Positions 51,927 to 64,000 of a stretch of 64,000 bases of DNA are shown piece by piece. A program made the position numbers and the translations under genes. The notes under the pieces are model-generated. The model was given only the letters and a program-made list of their open reading frames with translations, was not told the origin of the DNA and made no database searches. The first letter of the stretch is position 1, and every line of letters begins with the position of its first letter. The stretch is from positions 21,204,001 through 21,268,000 of the forward strand of contig OX597818.1 of the NCBI GenBank assembly GCA_951406725.2, read 5' to 3'. The DNA comes from Octopus vulgaris. Taxonomy: Eukaryota.

Positions 51927-52009
51927 TTCACTACAGCTATTTCAGACGTGCTTTTTACTAATGAACAAAAAAATTATATAGTGTAAAAACATTGTTTTCT
52001 TCAGGTGAA
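51927..52009 (-). ncRNA. Hammerhead ribozyme with canonical core and extended stem II
   Basis: Minus: ttcac-CTGAAGA-aaac...gtct-GAAA-tagctg-TA-gtgaa; perfect 5-bp stem I. Confidence 0.8.
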
Positions 52010-52329
52010 TTAAGAGTAAAATTTAACATTTAGGATTTTTCACATAAATACATAATGCATATTGACCCTCCCATTTTGGTATCAGCTGAGAGAGTGAATA
52101 GAGAATGCTATTTCAGGGTAAACATACATGGTAATAATAAACTAATGGACTTGTTTAAGGGATTGAAATAGAGGAAGGACAGGAAGAGAAATACAAAGGG
52201 AGAAAAAAAAAAGGGAAAGGGAAAAGGGAAAAAGAGACAGAATCTCTTATCAACTTAAAGGATTTTAAAGGTCCAACAAAGGGACAAGATGGTCGACTGT
52301 CATAAACAAGTGAATGAAGGATTGTAAAT

Positions 52330-53620
52330 AAAAGATAAGGTACAATAAAGATGATATGAAACTCCATAAGATGTACCCAGTGTAAGCTATGGACACATAA
52401 GAAATGCAGCAATATCAAAGGAAGGTTAACAGGGAAAATAATTTTTGTGTGTGGAAGGTGCACAGGTACAATTAACACTAAAAATGTACAGAAAATAGAC
52501 TCCATCAAATGCCAAGGGGAAAAACTAGAAGTAGTTGAGAGCTTCCATTATGTAGGTGACCAAGTCAGTAGCTGGGATGAATGTTCTGAGAGCATAGCTG
52601 CTAGAATAAGAATAGGCTGGGTAAAGTTCAGAGAGCTCCTACCTCTGTTGGTAACAAAAGGCTTCTCTCTCAGAGTGAAAGGCAGATTGTATAATGCCTG
52701 TGTACGAACAGCCATGCTACATGGCAGTGAAACATGGGCTGTGACCAACAAGAGCATGTGTAGGCTTGAAAGAAATGAAGCTAGTCTGCTTCACTGGATG
52801 TGTAATGTCAGTGTGCATACATACAGAGTGTAAGCGTCTTGAGAAAAAAGTTGGACATAAGAGGCATCAGATGTGATGTGCAAGAGAGACAACTACACTG
52901 GTATGGTAATGTGTTGTATATGGATGAGGACAGCTGTGTGAAGAAGCATCATACTCTAGCAGTAGAGGGAACCTGTGAAAGAGGTAAACCTAGAAAGACA
53001 TGGGATGAGGTGGTGAAGCATGACTGTCGAACGTTGGGCCTCACAGAGGCAATGACAAGTGATGGAAATCTTTGGTGATATGCCATGCTTGAGAAGAATC
53101 GTCAAGCCAAGTGAAATCATAGTCATGGCTGATGCCAGCGTTGCATCTATCCGTTCAGTCAAAGTCGACTCTCGGTTACTCGATGGATCAGTGTTCTCCA
53201 GCCAGTTTTATCCTGGGTCACTTCTTTCAGATTGGCTATGGCCATTCCTGTGTCACTCTTGATGGTGTCAAGCCAGTGGGTTCTTGGTCAGCCTCCCCTT
53301 GCCACTGACCATTCCGAGCATGATGTCCTTCTCCAGGGATTTTCTCCACATAACTGGTACATAAAAAGCACCATTCAAATGTGCTTGAGAAGACTTGTCA
53401 AGACAAGTGAGATTGTAGTCATGGCCAATACTAGTGTTATATAACTGGCACATAAAAAGCACTTACTACATTCTTGGAGTGGTTGACATTAGGAAGGGCA
53501 TCCAGCTGTTAAAACCATGCCTAATCAAACTGGAACCTGGTGCAGCTTACCAGTTTTCAGTCAAACTGTCCAACCCATGCCAGCATGGAAAACAGATGCT
53601 AAATGATAATGATGATAACA
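52330..53620 (+). mobile_element. RTE LINE 3' fragment
   Basis: CTQC..HKKC..CGRC, FHYVGD, MLHGSETW, RTE tail. Confidence 0.85.
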
Positions 53621-55363
53621 GCAAATGGGTCACCAAGAATAGGCTGTAAGTAGAAAGCATTTATGCAAATACTTTTGTTTTTGAGTCAGTTTATGAGCGA
53701 TTTTTGTTGACTAGTCGGTAATTAGGGAATTCAGTCTTCAACATTAATTTTCTCTGAGGGCACCACCTAAACACTTCATATGTCTTATATAATGGTAATC
53801 TACATTATCTGATAGGTATTTGTAGAAAATTTCATTAAAAGATCTTCATTTTTCTGTATGTTATGAGGAAACAAAGCTGACTTGTGTGAATTTACCTAAA
53901 TTCCTCTCCCCACCCATGGAAAAATGTTTTTCAAAAATTCACAAATGTAATCGGAATCTATATCATCTGAAACGCATTTATAGAAACTTTCATTAAAAAA
54001 ATATCCATTTTTCTGGAAGTTATGAGAAACACAGTCACAGGGGCCACACTTGTGTAGGTATACCTTGCAAATTTTGGAGAATATAAGGGCTAACTCTTGG
54101 ATGCAATGCTTGAAGGCATTTGAAAGACACTTTCATGACTGGTGGCTTTGTTGGTTTGAAGCCAGTGAAGGTACTCTTGCACTTAGCTATGATTGTATGC
54201 AAGGTTGTATACCTGGAAGGGTGCAGGGATAAAACTGTAAGAGATTTGCCTAAAACAAAATGTGTGCAGTGTGGAGTTGGCTGCGAAGTAAATGAAGGTG
54301 AAAGCTTTCTCTTGAAGACTAAAGAAAAAGCCGGTGGAAATGGAAGTTTTACAATTACTAATAAGTAAACATATTCTTATTCAATACTCTAGTTCTTTAA
54401 CCCTTAAGAACATCTTTTTATACATGTTATCTCCCACTTATTTAGTTTAGATAAACACATAAGTTCTGTACCAATGTAGATGTTAAATCAAATCAATTCC
54501 TGTAAAGGCATCCGAGATCTCTTCATTTTATCCTTCAGATTTTTAAAGTCCACCCTCTAATTTTACAACTAAGTGTATACAGGAGTCTCTTGAGTCATTT
54601 GTTTTCATTGGTTGAGAATTCCAACTTCCAAGCAAAAAGTGAAAGCTCTTTTCTTTTCTTACTTTGAAAATATTCTTTTCTACTCTAGGCACATGGCCCG
54701 AAATTTTTTAGGAGGGGGCCAATCGATTAGATCGACCTCGGTACGTAACTGGTACTTAATTTATCGATCCCAAAAGTTTGAAAGGCAAAGTCGACCTCGG
54801 CGGAATTTGAACTCAGAATGTAAAGACAAACGAAATACTTATTTCTTTACTGCCCTCAAGGGGCTACACACAGGGGGGACAAACAAGGACAGACAAACGG
54901 ATTAAGTCGACTATATCGACCTCAGTGCGTAACTGGTACTTATTTAATCGACCCCGAAAGGATGTGGTGTTATTTTCTAAATAAAAAAAAAAAAGAAATC
55001 TAAAACTCCTCAAAACAGTGAATCATTACGAGGATGATGGCGTAGTCGAAGCTCTAGAATAACTAGGCACCCTCCTAAGCATCATCGGATACTTCAGTGA
55101 AGCCTCATAGTCAGCAGTTCAATTCCCCCATAACGTCTCTATAGCCACATGTTAAAAACCGTAATTTATCGACAGATTACGGTAATTCGCTCCGAATTTT
55201 CGTGTTCATTTTTCTAGAAATTACTGAAAAAAAGAAATTACAAGCATTTAAAGTTATGTAACTTGAACCAATCGAGTTATTCGCTTTAGCTACACTGTGG
55301 ATGAGAATTTGAGTTGGTTGAAAGTTAACAAGATCCCATTTAAGTTTGTTATACGTAACTTAC

Positions 55364-55800
55364 TTTTCAGCAGCTCGCAAGAAAAAGTACTTTAGCACAG
55401 CTTCTGAACAACACAGATCACACTAACTTTCGTTAATCAATGCTTTGTTTGTTTAGTTATTACAACACGGACGATCAGTTGGAAATTCCCACAACTCGCA
55501 CACAGGAAAAAAAGACTTTTCCAAAACTGAAAGCATTGTGTTATTTTTGTCGATTATACGTCACACTGGGGGGACTTTGAAATACACACACATACAAACA
55601 TACGTTATTAACGAGACTTAAACAACCTTCCTTTAAAAAATTATTCCAACTAAAAACTAGATATCATCCTCGCTCACTCTGCCAGAAATAGCAGTAAATT
55701 TCCCTTCACACACTACCATCTCAAGAAAAGGAAGAATACACACACAAAGACAGCTGAGTATCCTGTCATTGCCGAGTAATATCCTGTAGCCAACTTTCAG
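55364..55800 (-). promoter_or_regulatory. Second candidate promoter / first exon
   Basis: Donor AAA|gtaagt at 55363-55358 in unique, CpG-retaining sequence. Confidence 0.25.
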
Positions 55801-55945
55801 AATAGCACGCCCACACAAGTTAGATTATCTCCTTTTTGGCGGGGATTTTCCAATTTTTTCCCCTGCACTCTTGCAAATGGTTGGGGTAGGGGGAACTTTT
55901 TTATGAATCCTCCACTTCCTGACCGATTTTGTCCCTTTTTTTTTT

Positions 55946-56355
55946 GGATCTTTTCGGTTTGAACGGCAGTTTTTTCTAGCGGTGTCATATGAAATTGTCA
56001 CCCATAATTATGACCCTAGTATCAATCTATTGCATTTCAATCTGTTTTAGGGTTAGGGTAGTTAGGGGTGGGGGAAGGGTATCTTTTTTTCTTCACAAAT
56101 GTAAATAAACCCAATCTGTTTCTTAAACGAGGGACATATTCATACGGCACAGAATGTTTTTTTTTACCTCAATAGACGTCAGTGATTGGTTGAAATTGAA
56201 GAAAAAAAACAAATATCTTACAAACTATAGAATTTTCTCAATAAAGCCAAGAGAAAAAGATGTTTTATAAACACATTCTACCAGTATACGAAGTTTAAAA
56301 GTGTTTAGTTACGTGGAAATTATTTTAAAAAACTGCCGTTCAAACTGAAAACATC
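55946..56355 (-). mobile_element. Second copy of the same MITE, opposite orientation
   Basis: Reverse-complement match to 47376-47789. Confidence 0.9.
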
Positions 56356-56986
56356 ATAAAAGGATAACGTGATAAAAAAAAATAAATAAATCCTAAAATT
56401 TCAGCTTCTTATTGAAAATTTTTTTAAATTATAGTTTTAAAATATGCGTGTGTGTGTGCATATAAAGGAAAGTCATATTTACTGACAGAAAAGAAAAGAA
56501 TCGATTTATCAACCTAATGAAATTTATTTCATACATCCATACACACTCACTGACAAACACACACACAGACTCAGCATGAGCGATATGCTTTTTTTATATA
56601 TAATATTCTTTTTTAACCTCCAAGGCTTCTCCTGAGGTTTTTAAGGGCATAGTGCAAAAAAAAAAAAACATTAGCCAAAATCAGTACTGAATGGACAGGG
56701 TTCCAAAATATTTATACATTTTCAAAATTGTTTTCTTGGACAAAATCAGTCTGGAACTGGGGATTCATAAATTTGCAAGGATTTTTTTCATGAAAACCTT
56801 CCCTCCATCATTTGCAAAGGTATGAGTAAGAGGGAATGTAAAAAATTCACCAGCAAAATAGAAAATCCAACTTATATGATTGTGCAATTCAGAAAGCCCA
56901 CCAAGGCATTCTGTTGTGAAAATTTCCTGGCAATGACAGGATACTCAGTGATGGTGTTTGAATATATATATGTGTGTGTGTGTGTC

Positions 56987-59900
56987 ATTATCATCATCAT
57001 TGTTTAACATCCCTTTTCCATACTGGCATGGATTGGACAGTTTGACTGGGAACTGGCAAGCCAGGAGGCTACACCAGGTTCCAATCTGGTCTGGGAAGGT
57101 TTCTACAGCTGGGTGCTTTTTACATGCTACTGGCACAGGAGCCAGTCAGAGCGAGGGACAGGCTGGCATCAACCACATTTGGATGGTGCTTTTTTACGTG
57201 CCACCAGCACAGGGAGCTGGTCAGGTAGCACTAGCAATGACCCATGCATGAATGGTGCTTATTGCATGTCACCAGCATGGGAGCCAGTCAGGTGGCACTG
57301 GCATCGGCCACAACTACAATTTCCATTTTGATTTTTGATTTTACTTACTCAATAGGTCTCCTCAAGCATGACATGTCACCTGACAATTCAATGGTATTTT
57401 TTAAATAGGCTGGTTATGCGACACTGGTATAGGCTTATGTCTGTAATCTCACTTTACTTGCCAGGTCTTTTCAATCACAGCGTGTCTCCAGAGGTCTCAG
57501 TCTCTTGACATTGCCTCTATGAGACCTAACGTTTGAAGGCTGTGCTTCACCACCTCATCCCATATCTTCCACTGTTAGGGAGTGACACTTCTTCACACAG
57601 CTCTCCTCATCCAGATGCAGCACATGACCATACCAACACAGTCGTCTCTCTTGCCCACCACATTTGATGCTTCTTATGTCCAACATACTAGCTTCATTTC
57701 TTTCAAGCCTATGTCCTCAACAGTCACAGCCCATATTTCACTGCAATGTAGCATGGCAGTATGCACACATGCATTGTACAATCTACCCTTCACTCTGAGC
57801 GAGAGGCCTTTTGTCACCGTTAGACGTAGGAGCTTTCTGAACTTTGCCCAGACTATTCTTATTCTCTCAGAGTACCCACCTCCACCACAGACTTCGTCAC
57901 CTAGGTAGCAGAAGCTATCAACTACTTCTAGTTTCTCTCCCTGGCATGTGATGGAATCTGTTTTCTGAGCATCTTCAATGTTTATTGCCCCTGTGCATCT
58001 GCCGCACACAAAAGCTATCATCCTAGTTAACCTTCCTTTGATGTTGCTGCACCTCTTATGATTCCATAGCTTACACTGGGTACATCTTATGGAGTCTCTA
58101 CCTACACCTTTTCTACAGATCGAGCAGGGCTATCTACCTGAAGGGATTTGTGGTTTGTTCGCCTTCCTACTTACTTGGACTTTGGTTTTTGCAACATTAA
58201 CTCTAAGGCCTTTCAATTCTTAACTTTGCTTCCGCACCTGAAATTTCTTCTCTAGTTCTGGTAGTGATTCAGCTATGAGAACAAGGTCATCAGCATAGAG
58301 GAGCTCCCAGGGGCAGTCTGTTTTGAATTCCTCTGTTATTGCCTGGAGGACTATGATGAATAAGAGGGGACTGATCTTTGGTGAACCCCTATTTCTACCC
58401 AGAATTCTTCGCTATACTTGTTGCCAACCTTACCTTACTGACAGCATCTCTGTATGGCTCTTATTAACCACTCATCTATCCCTAGTTTCCACACCACCCA
58501 CAAGATAAGGGATTAGGAGACCCTGTCGAAGGCTTTCTCCAAGTCAACAAAAGCCAAGTATATGGGTTTATCTTTGGCTAGGTATTTCTCCTGCAGTTGC
58601 CTTACCAGAAATATAGTATCAGTGGTGCTTCTGCCTGGCACAAAACTGAACTGCATCTCATTTAAGCAGAGTCACTCAATAATTAGTTGGGCTATAACCC
58701 TCTCCGGGACCTTCATCACCTGATCCATCAGTTTGATAGCCCTGTAGCTATTTCTATCTAAAACATCACCTTTACTTTTGTAGCAGTTGACTATGGTGCT
58801 GCTATGCCAGTCATTGGGTATGGCTCCTTCGTGAACTACTTGATTTACAATACGGATGACTAGACTATAACCCACACCACCAGATATTTTAAGCATCTCA
58901 GCAGTGATTCCTGATAGGCTGGGAGCTTTTCTGACTTTTTATCCTTAATTGCTTTATCTGCCAGGGTGCTGTTGATTCAGGTAGCTGGTCCCTCGATTGG
59001 GTCAACATCTAGCAGGATTTTTTTCTCCCATTCATTCTCCACATTCAGCAGCCTTTCATAATGGCATCTCCAAGCCTATTTCTTTGAAGAATGATTAAAA
59101 GTAAGTGCACCATCATCTATGCAAACACATTTCTCTCCTCTAACATCACAGTTTTCTCTAATACACTGTCTTGCAATCCGAAATACTTTAGTTGTTTGGT
59201 CCTCACTTCACTGAACATTCACAGACTTCTTTTCTGCTTCTCCCTTGGCTATATATACCTGTCTCCCAGCCTCCCTACTGACTATCTGGTACAGTTCCTG
59301 CTGCTCCCACTCTTCCAGGTTTTCCAGGTCTGTTTCTTTGCTCTAATGGCCTTGTCTACCATATAATTCCACCACCACGTTACCATAGGTCTGAAAGGGA
59401 CTTTGCACTAGCCACAGATTTGGTATGTGGTGCTCAGTAAGCTGTCACATAGGAATTTCCACTTACCCTCTATGTCACAAGTCTGTGGCTCCTCCTCTCT
59501 CTCATTAAGTGAAGATGTCCCTAAATCTCCTTCTTCTCTGGATTAGTCTGCTTCTTGGCATCCTTCTGGCCTCGATTCTAAAGTCACTAATGACTAGCCT
59601 ATGCTGAGGTACATTCTTCGCCAGGGAGGGTCTTTGCATTTAAGAGCAAACATGCATCCTGCTGTCTGGTGAGGATGAAATCAATCAGGCTGGCAGAGTC
59701 GCCTGATTGATAGGTTATCAGGTGGCTGTCTGGCTTCCTGAAATTGGTGTTGCAAATTAATAGGTTGCTTGAATCAAAGAACTCCTGTAGCCTAGTTCCC
59801 TCTTCGTTTCAGGAACCAATTCCATGGTCCCCATGAACACCATGGAAGATAACAGATTGCCATCTAACATGCCCATTAAAATCTCCAGCCACAAAGATGA

Positions 59901-60330
59901 GGTCATTGCCATTCGTCTTTAAGGTAGCCTGATGAAGGATAGCATAAAAGTGGTCCTTCTGATCATTTGGTAGGCCCACATGTGGGGTGTAGGCAGAGAT
60001 AATTGTAGCTATACTATTCTGCATGACTAACCTGAGTTTAAGCACTCTATCGCATACCCTGACTACCTTTATGACCTTATCTACCCATTTCTCTGCAAGG
60101 AGTTTGCCTACACCCCCTACTCTATCACTGTTACCTTCCCAGAAGATTTTATACCTATGTGCCTTGCCTGTGAAGCTCCTCCAGCAAACAGCAACATATC
60201 TCCATTCAAGCATCTATACAATCTCATTAGACCTTCATTTCAATGTGCGTACATTAACAGTGCCAACTCTAAAAACTGAGAAATGAATGTGGGATGAGGT
60301 ATGGGAAGGGGAGATGTTATTCAGCACCTG
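56987..60330 (-). mobile_element. Near-full-length decayed RTE LINE (APE + RT)
   Basis: TLNV, GVG, SAY.P, GDFNGHV, VDLEKAFD, LLYADDL, FCYLGD, RVKGRLY; (GAT)n 3' tail. Confidence 0.9.
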
Positions 60331-60364
60331 AAAAGAAGGTTTCCGTGTTTTATATATATATATA

Positions 60365-61064
60365 TATTAATAATAATAAAAGGGTAAAATTAATTTATAA
60401 TTTTACCAAGTAGATCGGTATGTTAAAATAACCTTTTTTCAGGTGAAATTACATAAATATTCTATAATTATAAACATAATTATAATTAGGGTTCAGCTAA
60501 TTGCTTCACCACATATCGAATTTAGAAATAGGAGTTAAAAATTCCTACCGTAAGAATCTCCCAGACAGTAACACATTTTTTATGTAGGCAAAAAGAAAAA
60601 TAATGAATCCACACAACTCCAATTAGCCATATAGGCATTTCGAGATTAAAGTATATTTACTTACTTATTTCTCATTATCAGTGTAGCATTTCAAATATAA
60701 AATTTGAAAGTGCTTGGGTTAAATACACGCACAATCAAGCATCATCACACAAAGGATATCCAACCAACACTTTCAAAATATACACAGCCGAATGTGAATA
60801 CATATTTGTCCCTTGTACTCACATGTATGTTACAAGTGATCCCACAGAAACTGCAGTTTTCAATCAGGGAGTAAATCATAATTTCAATATTAATAATAAA
60901 AGGGTAAAATTAATTAATAATTTTACCAAGTAGATCGGTACATTAAAATAACCTCTTTAGGTAAAATTACACAAATATTCTATAATTATAAACATAATTA
61001 CAATTAGGGGTCAGCTAATTGCTTCACCACATACCGAATTTAGAAATAGGAGTTAAAAATTCCT
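60365..61064 (-). mobile_element. ~520-nt-period element with ~180-bp direct repeats (pLTR-like) and internal hammerhead
   Basis: 60365-60546 matches 60887-61064; TA-flanked. Confidence 0.8.
60626..60687 (-). ncRNA. Degenerate hammerhead ribozyme between direct repeats
   Basis: Minus: gctaca-CTGATAA-t-gaga...tctc-GAAA-tgcc-TA-tatggc; G8>A. Confidence 0.6.
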
Positions 61065-61608
61065 TTTCTACTATATATGAGTGAGTGTATATACATATAC
61101 ATACATATATAATGTGAATACATATATATAGGTGGATGGGTTATTTCCCTTGGAAGCTTGAATGATTTAGGAGAGCTGAACCTTGGTGGACCCCTACTTC
61201 TACCCGGAATTCTTCACTATATTCATTGCCATGGTTTCTATGGCTCAATGTCTTTCCTAATGCCAACAACTTTATAGAATATACTGGGTGCTTTTTTTGT
61301 CATTATTGCTATTCTGCTGCTCTTCACCCCTTTCTGTACTGTCAGTCACCACCTACTCTTCCCTACCACCTCTTCACCCTTGTCCACACATACACACTGC
61401 AGATCTGTACTCTAGGATTAACAGCCACAAATTGACATGGCTTACTGGTGTGAAAATATTCATGCATGTGCAGGAATGGTAGCATCCACTGCTCACAAAA
61501 AAGGATTTTGCTCGCATGCCATTTGTTTTGGCAGGAAAAATAAAGTTGGATACTTTTTGAATGCATTTCATGTATGCATGTATATATAAATAAATAAATA
61601 TATATATA

Positions 61609-61832
61609 TCTTACTTATTAAAAATGAAAATGTGTGTGTGTGTATCGGTATGTCCTCATTTTGCACCAAAATGGCTTGACCGATTTTTCTTAAAGTTCAC
61701 ACGCACATTGCTTATATGTCTGGGGAGGTTTCAAAAAAATATTCGAGTAAACGGCGGGAAGAATAACATTTGGGTGCAGTTGAACAGTGGGCGTAATTAT
61801 TTTAAGCTTCCAAGGGAAATAACCCATCCACC

Positions 61833-61863
<31 letters not shown>

Positions 61864-62294
61864 ATATATATATATTTATATGCTTTCAGTGCAAATGGTT
61901 TTGTTATACAACACCGTATTTTACAATCCTGTAAATAATAATAATGGTATTTTTATATAAGCTTAAAGTTTATGGCATTCACCGTGCAATAACTAAGGAA
62001 AATAGTCTAATAAAGGGGCATATAAGACTTCGACAGAAAAAAGAAGGCTTTCCCATCCATGTGTAAAGGTAACACACTTAGTCATGTTAACAAAAGGATG
62101 TAGGTTCACGTCCCACACGGATGGGAAAGCCTTCTTTTTTTCTGTCGAGGGCTTATATGCCTTGTTATTAGACTATTTTCCTTAGTCATTGCACTGTGAA
62201 CGGCATAAGCTTTAAGCTTATATAAAAATACCATTATTATTATTTACAGGATTGTAAAATATGGCACCATATAATAAAACCATTCACACCGAAA

Positions 62295-62349
<55 letters not shown>

Positions 62350-62418
62350 CTTATTGTAGCCTCAGGCCGACCAAAACCTTATGAGTGGATTTCGTACTCG
62401 GAAACTGAAAGAAGACTG

Positions 62419-62472
<54 letters not shown>

Positions 62473-62741
62473 ATATTTGTGTATGTGTGTACCTGTCTTG
62501 TGTTTGTACACCCACCATTGCTTGACAACTGATGTTGCTGTGTTTACATTCCTGTAACTTAGCGGTTTGGTAAAAGACACTAACAGAATGAGTACTAGGC
62601 TTACAAGGAATAAATCCTGTGGTTGATTTCTTTAACCAACAGCGGTGCTCCAGCATTGCCGCAGTCGCATGACTGAAACAAGTAAAGCAATAAAAATCTA
62701 TTCTATTTTAATTCCGAGCAAGGCCTAGGTATCACTGCTAG
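61609..62741 (+). mobile_element. Non-autonomous Helitron with nested fold-back and SINE
   Basis: 5' TC-ttacttattaaaaatg; 3' ccgagcaaggcctagg..ctgCTAG; inserted between A and T. Confidence 0.6.
61881..62297. repeat. Fold-back element in (TA)n
   Basis: Arms 61881-62063 and 62114-62297, ~50-nt loop. Confidence 0.85.
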
Positions 62742-62773
<32 letters not shown>

Positions 62774-62789
62774 CATAATAACTGCTGAA

Positions 62790-63050
62790 TTTCATCAAAC
62801 AGGTCTTTTCAAGCATCGCATATTGTTGGTCACCCAACTCTTTTATCATCAGCTACATAAATTCAACCTTCACTTCAACCAATGTTTTCTTGGATCTCCC
62901 TCTTCCACAAGCTCTATCCACATTATGTGATTGACACGTCTTTATAAAGTCAATACCTATACACATCACTTGTCTATACCAGCACAGTTTTCCTTCTTGT
63001 ATATAACATGTGATTCCAGTTTTTCTACCAACACATTTGTACTTTGTCAG
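62790..63050 (-). mobile_element. Old RTE 3' fragment
   Basis: LCWYRQV...GRGRSKKT. Confidence 0.55.
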
Positions 63051-63651
63051 TGCTATGCCAATATTATTCAAGTTGCAGTTGAAAAATTGTAAATACTTTG
63101 CATGAAACCATTGGTACTGCATTAACACTACCGATTCTATTAAAATAAATGATCCATTCATCAATGTGGTATTGTTTCATGTTGCTCTGCGATCATTTCA
63201 ATATATGACATGCAGCACCCAGTTGTACCTGTACAGGTAATGGCAATATGACGGAGAGAGTGAGATTATGTCTACACAAACATTTGATCACTATAAACAA
63301 ATCATCTGTGTGGTTGTTTTGTAAGAAATTGTTGAACCCTCATACATTATCTAACAATGGGAGAGTCCATTTTATATATATATATGTGTGTGTGTGTAGG
63401 CGCGTGGCTTAGTGGTTAGGGTGTCAGTATCATGAACGTAAGATTGTGGTTTTGATTCCTGGACCAAGCAACATGTTGTGTTCTTGAGCAAAACACTACA
63501 TTTCACATTGCTCCAGTCCACTCAGCTGGCAAAAATGAGTAATGCTGTGATGGACTGGCGTCCCGTCCAGCTGGGGAACACATACACCATTGAAACCAGG
63601 AAACTGGGCCCTTGAGCCTAGCTAGGCTTTAAAAGGGCGCATTTATTTTAT

Positions 63652-64000
63652 ATCATTATCATCATCATCATCGTTTAGCGTCCGCTTTCCATGCTAGCAT
63701 GGGTTGGACGGGTCAACTGGGGTCTGTGAAGCTGGAAGGCTCCGTCAGGCCCAGTCAGATCTGGCAGTGTTTCTACAGCTGGATGCCCTTCCTAACGCCA
63801 ACCACTCCGCGAGTGTAGTGGGTGTTTTTTACGTGCCACCTGCACAGGTGCCAGACAGAGCTGGCGAACGGCCACGAACGGATGGTGCTTTTACGTGTCA
63901 CCGGCACGGGGCCAGGCGATGCTGGCAACGGACACAAATGGATGGTGCTTTTACGTGCCACCGACACGGGGCCAGACAGAGCTGGCAACCGGCCACGAGC
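63652..64000 (-). mobile_element. RTE 3'-tail fragment, runs off window
   Basis: Close match to reverse complement of 26665-27028. Confidence 0.85.

Overview
AT-rich, microsatellite- and repeat-dense animal DNA. The SINE/RTE repertoire strongly suggests an octopus (cephalopod); this is inference. One spliced host gene can be rebuilt by hand on the minus strand: five coding exons between 37898 and 29212, all phase-0 GT-AG introns, giving a 204-aa coiled-coil protein with a C-terminal C2H2 finger. The rest is mostly mobile DNA: a 5'-truncated Naiad-like Penelope element with Asn-rich inserts, many RTE LINE fragments, CRE- and CR1-like relics, a Tc1 element, Merlin-like MITEs, Helitron pieces and several tRNA-SINE families. 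The main unexplained signal is about ten minimal type-I hammerhead-ribozyme motifs from roughly seven sequence families. They include a G3-C8 core-swapped variant and forms with long stem II inserts. Most sit in short non-coding elements embedded in (TA)n tracts, arranged as fold-backs or direct repeats, consistent with a large population of non-autonomous Penelope-type/retrozyme-like elements. All calls are by eye; no searches or folding programs were run, and repeat boundaries are approximate.
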